Origin: Myxococcota bacterium
GTDB lineage: Bacteria; Myxococcota_A; UBA796; UBA2385
Assembly: GCA_044344255.1 (NCBI GenBank)
Contig: JBIJDH010000015.1
Span: 32,001-96,000 of the forward strand
Length of the DNA stretch: 64,000 nt
Direction: 5' to 3'
Shown: piece after piece, positions 60,297 through 64,000 of the stretch
Numbering within the stretch: the stretch's first letter is position 1
Layout of the letters: the number at the start of each line of letters is the position of its first letter
The notes under the pieces: model-generated
What the model was told of the DNA's origin: nothing
Databases searched by the model: none
Seen by the model: the letters and a program-made list of their open reading frames with translations, nothing else
Position numbers and translations under genes: made by a program

Positions 60297-61346
60297 TCAG
60301 CAGGCCTCGCGCACCGGCGCGGCGGCCCCGAAGAGGGAGAGCTGACGGGCCTCCCAGGGGCGCCGGAAGGTGAGCGGCGCGGCGGGCGTGGGCTCCGCGT
60401 TGAGGCCGAGGCGCTCGGTCCAGACTCGAAAGAGCTGCTCGGTGACCGCCCAAGCCGGGCCCTCGCCCTTGTGGCGTTCGCCGAAGCGGCTGTTGGTGAG
60501 CGCGCCCCCGCGGGCCCGCCGGATGCCGTTCATCACACGGTCGGCGCGGTCGGGGAGCTGCTCCCGCAGGCGGCTCTCAAAGACGGTGGCCACCGTGCCG
60601 GACAGCCGCACGAGCGTCATGAAGGCGGTGCGGGCGCCGGCCTCCTGGGCGGCCTCGAGGGCGGCGGGGATGAGGTGGTCATTCAAGCCGGGGATGACGG
60701 GCGCGAGCGAGATCCCCACCGGGATCCCCGCCGCCGCGAGGGCCGCCATCGCCTTCAGCCGCGCCGAGGGCGGCGGGGCGCCGGGCTCGAGCAGGTGGGC
60801 CATCACAGGGTCCAGCAGGGGGATCGAGAAGTGGACGTGGGCGCCCGCGGACGCCTGCAGGGCGAGCAGGAGGTCCAGATCGCGCGTGACCAGCGGGGAG
60901 CGCGTGATGACGCCCACCGGGTTCTGGTAGCGCTGGCAGACCTCGAGGCAGGCCCGTGTGAGCCCGTAGCGCCGCTCCAGCGGCTGGTAGCAGTCGGTGA
61001 CCCCGGAGAAGATCACCCGCTCGCCTGTCCAGGCCGGGAGGTCAAACTCGGCCTCGAGCAGGGCCGCCGCGCGCCGCTTCACGACGATCTTGCGATCGTG
61101 GTCTGTGCCTGCGCCGAAGCCGAGGTACTCGTGGTAGCTCCGCGCGTAGCAGTAGGCGCAGGCGTGGGTGCAGCCTCGATAGGGGTTGACGCTCCAGGAG
61201 AAGCCGAGGTCTGGGCTCTTGTTGTGCGAGAGGATGCCCTTGGTGTCGTCCTCGATGACCTCGAGGGCGGCCGGCGGCTGTGGCTCGTCCCACTCCACCT
61301 CGGTGAGCTGAAAGCGGCCCTTGGGGTTCCAGGCGTTCCTGATCAT
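60297..61346 (-). CDS. PA0069/SplB-like radical SAM protein
   Basis: NKSPDLGFSWSVNPYRGCTHACAYCYAR, SGVTDCYQPLER, ITRS, APVIPGLND. Confidence 0.92.
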   Translation of the reverse strand: MIRNAWNPKGRFQLTEVEWDEPQPPAALEVIEDDTKGILSHNKSPDLGFSWSVNPYRGCTHACAYCYARSYHEYLGFGAGTDHDRKIVVKRRAAALLEAEFDLPAWTGERVIFSGVTDCYQPLERRYGLTRACLEVCQRYQNPVGVITRSPLVTRDLDLLLALQASAGAHVHFSIPLLDPVMAHLLEPGAPPPSARLKAMAALAAAGIPVGISLAPVIPGLNDHLIPAALEAAQEAGARTAFMTLVRLSGTVATVFESRLREQLPDRADRVMNGIRRARGGALTNSRFGERHKGEGPAWAVTEQLFRVWTERLGLNAEPTPAAPLTFRRPWEARQLSLFGAAAPVREAC

Positions 61347-61354
61347 ATGTTCAG
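61339..61354. promoter_or_regulatory. Putative LexA (SOS) box overlapping the radical SAM start codon
   Basis: Near-palindrome CTGATCATATGTTCAG (minus strand CTGAACATATGATCAG), close to the Myxococcus LexA consensus. Confidence 0.65.
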
Positions 61355-61503
61355 CTCACCCGTCGCGCGGCCCGCGTCAAGGGTCGGCTCGGGGGCCGGG
61401 CGCGCGGCGGCGATGGACGTTCGCCCTTTGTCCGGACACTGTGATGTCTGGAGAGTGTGAAGGGGCGGCCCCCTCCTGTCGTCTCCGGACCGTAGAGGAG
61501 CCC

Positions 61504-62193
61504 ATGCCCACGCCCGCCTTCGTCCTCGGCCTCCAGCTCTCGGCCTCGCCCGTCCCCCCGCCGCCGGTCTCGCTGCTGCAGCCCGGCGTCTACGCGGCGG
61601 ACGAGGTGCAGGCCCCGCTCGGAGATCAGGGTCCAGGCTGGTTTGCCTTGGTCATCTCTCTCGAAGGGGTCGCTCGGCTCCAGTCGACCGCGGTCTCCGT
61701 GGCGGCCGTGCCACACCCGCTCGATCGGTCGGAGTCCGCCCGCGAGGTGCTCACCCCGGGGCTCGAGGACGCGGTGATCTTGCTGCGCGGCCTGCCGGCG
61801 ATGAAGGCGGGGCCGGTGCCCTCGACGGGGCCGCTCCCATCCGTGGTGCGCCTCGGGGCCCCCGTGTCCCTGCCGGCCCTCGCCCAGACGGGCCTCCCTC
61901 CCGGGGCGGTGAGCCGCCTCCGGCTGGTCTCGGGCGCGCCTGGCCCCGCGCGGCTCTTCTTCGAGGGCGGCGCTGCGACCGCTCCTCGCCGACAGGAGCT
62001 GCTCCAGGCCGAGGACGAGCCCTACCTGCACTGGGCCGGCGATCTCGACGGTGACGGCCGCACCGATCTCCTCCTCAGCGCGGAGCAAGCCGAGCCGCAC
62101 CCCGTGACCCGCCTCGGGCTCTACCTGAGCGGGCGCGCAGCCGCGGACGACCTCGTCGGGCTGGCCGCCGAGCTCGTGTTCGGCGGCTGCTGA
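61504..62193 (+). CDS. Hypothetical protein (WAGDLDGDG motif, C-terminal GGC)
   Basis: AGAGGAG RBS; LHWAGDLDGDGRTDLLL..LYLS..LVG..FGGC. Confidence 0.65.
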   Translation: MPTPAFVLGLQLSASPVPPPPVSLLQPGVYAADEVQAPLGDQGPGWFALVISLEGVARLQSTAVSVAAVPHPLDRSESAREVLTPGLEDAVILLRGLPAMKAGPVPSTGPLPSVVRLGAPVSLPALAQTGLPPGAVSRLRLVSGAPGPARLFFEGGAATAPRRQELLQAEDEPYLHWAGDLDGDGRTDLLLSAEQAEPHPVTRLGLYLSGRAAADDLVGLAAELVFGGC

Positions 62194-62256
62194 GCGGGGC
62201 GGCCCGCCGGGGTCGCGGGTAGCCTTGGGTGCCCTCGCTGGCTTAGGCTCCGCGGC

Positions 62257-62868
62257 GTGAGCTCCAAGGCCGATCCTCGACTCTCCTCCGCGCGCGCCGT
62301 GGTGCTCCTCCTCGTCCATGGGGCGCTCCTGCTGCTCGCCACCCCCGGCCTCGACAGCGTGGGTAAAGGGGGCCTCTCGAAGCGGCAGCGCGCCGACGGC
62401 CTCTCGATGGGCTTCCCGCCCTGGGTGATCGACGCCGTCGATGGCCTGAGCGGCCTCAACGCCGTCCGCGTGCCGATGATGCGCGTCCTGACGCCGCTCC
62501 AGCGCCCGCTCCGCCTCGGACAGAGCTGGAATCTTTATGGGAACGGCCCGATGGTGGTGCGCCGAATGGAGATCGTCTTTGACGACGCTCTCGTCTATCG
62601 GAGCGGAGACCCCGACCTCGACTGGTTCGAGCCGGCCCTGCGCAACCGTCGCATGCGGCCGGTCATCGAGACGGCCGCCGAGGTCCCGAAGGCGCGCAAC
62701 CGCCTCGGGCTCGCCCGCCTCGTCGTCGAGAAGGCGCGCGCCAGCGTGCCCACCGTCCAGCGGGTGGAGCTCCGCTTCACCGTCTCTGATTTTCCGGGAG
62801 GCGCTCCCGTGCTCGACCACAGCCTCTCGGCTGCCGCGCCCGATTGGACCGTGGAGAGCGGACCATGA
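62257..62868 (+). CDS. Single-TM partner of HTTM protein, copy 2
   Basis: QSWNLYGNGP, VRRMEI..YRS-x-DPD, NRRMRPVIET, APDW; paralog of 4150-4743. Confidence 0.7.
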   Translation: MSSKADPRLSSARAVVLLLVHGALLLLATPGLDSVGKGGLSKRQRADGLSMGFPPWVIDAVDGLSGLNAVRVPMMRVLTPLQRPLRLGQSWNLYGNGPMVVRRMEIVFDDALVYRSGDPDLDWFEPALRNRRMRPVIETAAEVPKARNRLGLARLVVEKARASVPTVQRVELRFTVSDFPGGAPVLDHSLSAAAPDWTVESGP

Positions 62869-63788
62869 GCGGCCTGTGGTCCCGCTGGCGGGCGCGCTGT
62901 GACCGCCAGGAGGACCCTACCCCCCTCGCCCTGGTGCGGATCCTCGCCTGCTCGGTGGTGGTGGTGGATCTCGTGCGCGCCGCCGCGCTCGGCCTCGTCC
63001 CGGTCTTCTGGCGCACCTACGAGGCGGGCGGCCTGTCGCGGATCACCGGCGGCCGCTCGGTGGTGGAGGACTGGTCCGCGGACTGGGGCGGGCCCGCGGT
63101 GTGGCTGATCACGCTCCTGTCGATGGCGCTCGGCGCCCTCGGTGTCGCCACCCGCCCGGCGCTCCTGGTGGGCCTCCTCGCGTATGCGCAGCTCGGGCAC
63201 CTCTATCCCCCCGGGGACCGTGCGATAGACCGCCTGCTGCGAACGGTGCTCCTTGTCCTCCTCTTCTCCGGCTCCCACCGCCGCCTGTCGTTGCAGGGCT
63301 GGCTCCAGCGGCGACCGCCGGCCGCGCAGATCGGGGGCTGGGCCTCTGACCTCCTCCGCTTCGAGCTCGTCCTGGTCTATCTCAGCGCCGGCTTCCTCAA
63401 GCTCGGGGCCGACATCGGCTGGCTCCTCCCGACAGAGTTCCCGCCGCTCTATCGCATCCTCGCCGATCCGATGGCCGGTCGCCTCGACCCAGTCGTTTGG
63501 GCCGACTGGACGCCCCTGTTCTATCTGGGCGGCGTGGTCACCATCCTCCTCGAGGTCTCAGCCCCGCTGCTGCTGACCCGCCTGGCGCCAGCCTGGGCGG
63601 TCGCCGGCCTCTTCATGCACCTCGGCATCGCCGCGGGGATGCACCTCGGCATGTTCTCTTGGGGGATCCTGTCCTTCTATCCGCTCTTCTTCGGGCCCTA
63701 CCTGCTCGGCCGTTGGAAGCTGCGCGCGGCGCCGGGTGGGGGAGGGGAGCCCGGCCGAGGGCCCGCGCAGGTTATGGACGGCGGATGA
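62865..63788 (+). CDS. HTTM-domain membrane protein, copy 2
   Basis: ATGA overlap; YLSAGFLKL..W, MHLGIAAGMHLGMFSW; paralog of 3197-4153. Confidence 0.8.
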   Translation: MSGLWSRWRARCDRQEDPTPLALVRILACSVVVVDLVRAAALGLVPVFWRTYEAGGLSRITGGRSVVEDWSADWGGPAVWLITLLSMALGALGVATRPALLVGLLAYAQLGHLYPPGDRAIDRLLRTVLLVLLFSGSHRRLSLQGWLQRRPPAAQIGGWASDLLRFELVLVYLSAGFLKLGADIGWLLPTEFPPLYRILADPMAGRLDPVVWADWTPLFYLGGVVTILLEVSAPLLLTRLAPAWAVAGLFMHLGIAAGMHLGMFSWGILSFYPLFFGPYLLGRWKLRAAPGGGGEPGRGPAQVMDGG

Positions 63789-64000
63789 TCCGATGGACCA
63801 CCTCGGGGGCCGTGCCGACCCCCACCACCGTGCAGATCCGCGTCCAACGCAGCTATCCGGGCCGGATCCGCGCCGGTGCGCCCGTGCCCACCCGGAGCAT
63901 GTCTCCCGAGGAGGTAGCGGCGAACATCCTTTACTTCACGGTGGGGCTGCGCACGCCCCGCACCACCCCGTGCACCGCCCTCGTGCTCTCGGGCGTCGGT
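63785..64000 (+). CDS. Hypothetical protein, 3'-truncated (not in ORF track)
   Basis: ATGA-coupled to HTTM copy 2; open to the window end: MIRWTTSGAVPTPTTVQIRVQRSYPG...SMSPEEVAANILYF...ALVLSGVG. Confidence 0.55.
   Translation, partial: MIRWTTSGAVPTPTTVQIRVQRSYPGRIRAGAPVPTRSMSPEEVAANILYFTVGLRTPRTTPCTALVLSGVG

Noticed and set aside
62191..62256. TGA after FGGC is in frame with the next ORF (62257), suggesting selenocysteine readthrough given selA
   Set aside because: No convincing SECIS hairpin; the paralog at 4150-4743 is a stand-alone gene; in-frame spacing has a one-in-three chance

Overview
A gene-dense, very GC-rich bacterial chromosomal segment. Its gene content (Ser/Thr kinase, PP2C-cNMP phosphatase, many Cys-rich acidic-linker lipoproteins, VWA lipoprotein, DUF1844, MqnD, lipoxygenase, VKOR-DsbA fusion) suggests a Myxococcota/deltaproteobacterial genome; this is an inference. 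About 54 CDSs are supported, mixing housekeeping genes (xseA, plsY, bamD, htrA, rluD-like, selA, hisS, msrA, mqnD, thiolase, leuB-like, heterodimeric ABC exporter, OPT transporter) with uncharacterised envelope proteins. No rRNA, tRNA, CRISPR array, transposase, integrase or phage gene was recognised. Main signals: (1) two inverted paralogous copies of a coupled gene pair resembling a split vitamin-K-dependent carboxylase / SdpAB-like module (HTTM protein plus a small QSWxLY partner), in a window that also has a VKOR fusion, a menaquinone gene and Glu-Gly-repeat lipoproteins; (2) a four-domain VKOR-DsbA-FGE-like-TlpA protein with three CXXC motifs; (3) six or more unrelated short direct repeats sitting on stop or start codons; (4) a Myxococcus-type LexA box over the start codon of a PA0069-family radical SAM gene. 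All calls come from reading motifs by eye; no database searches were run.
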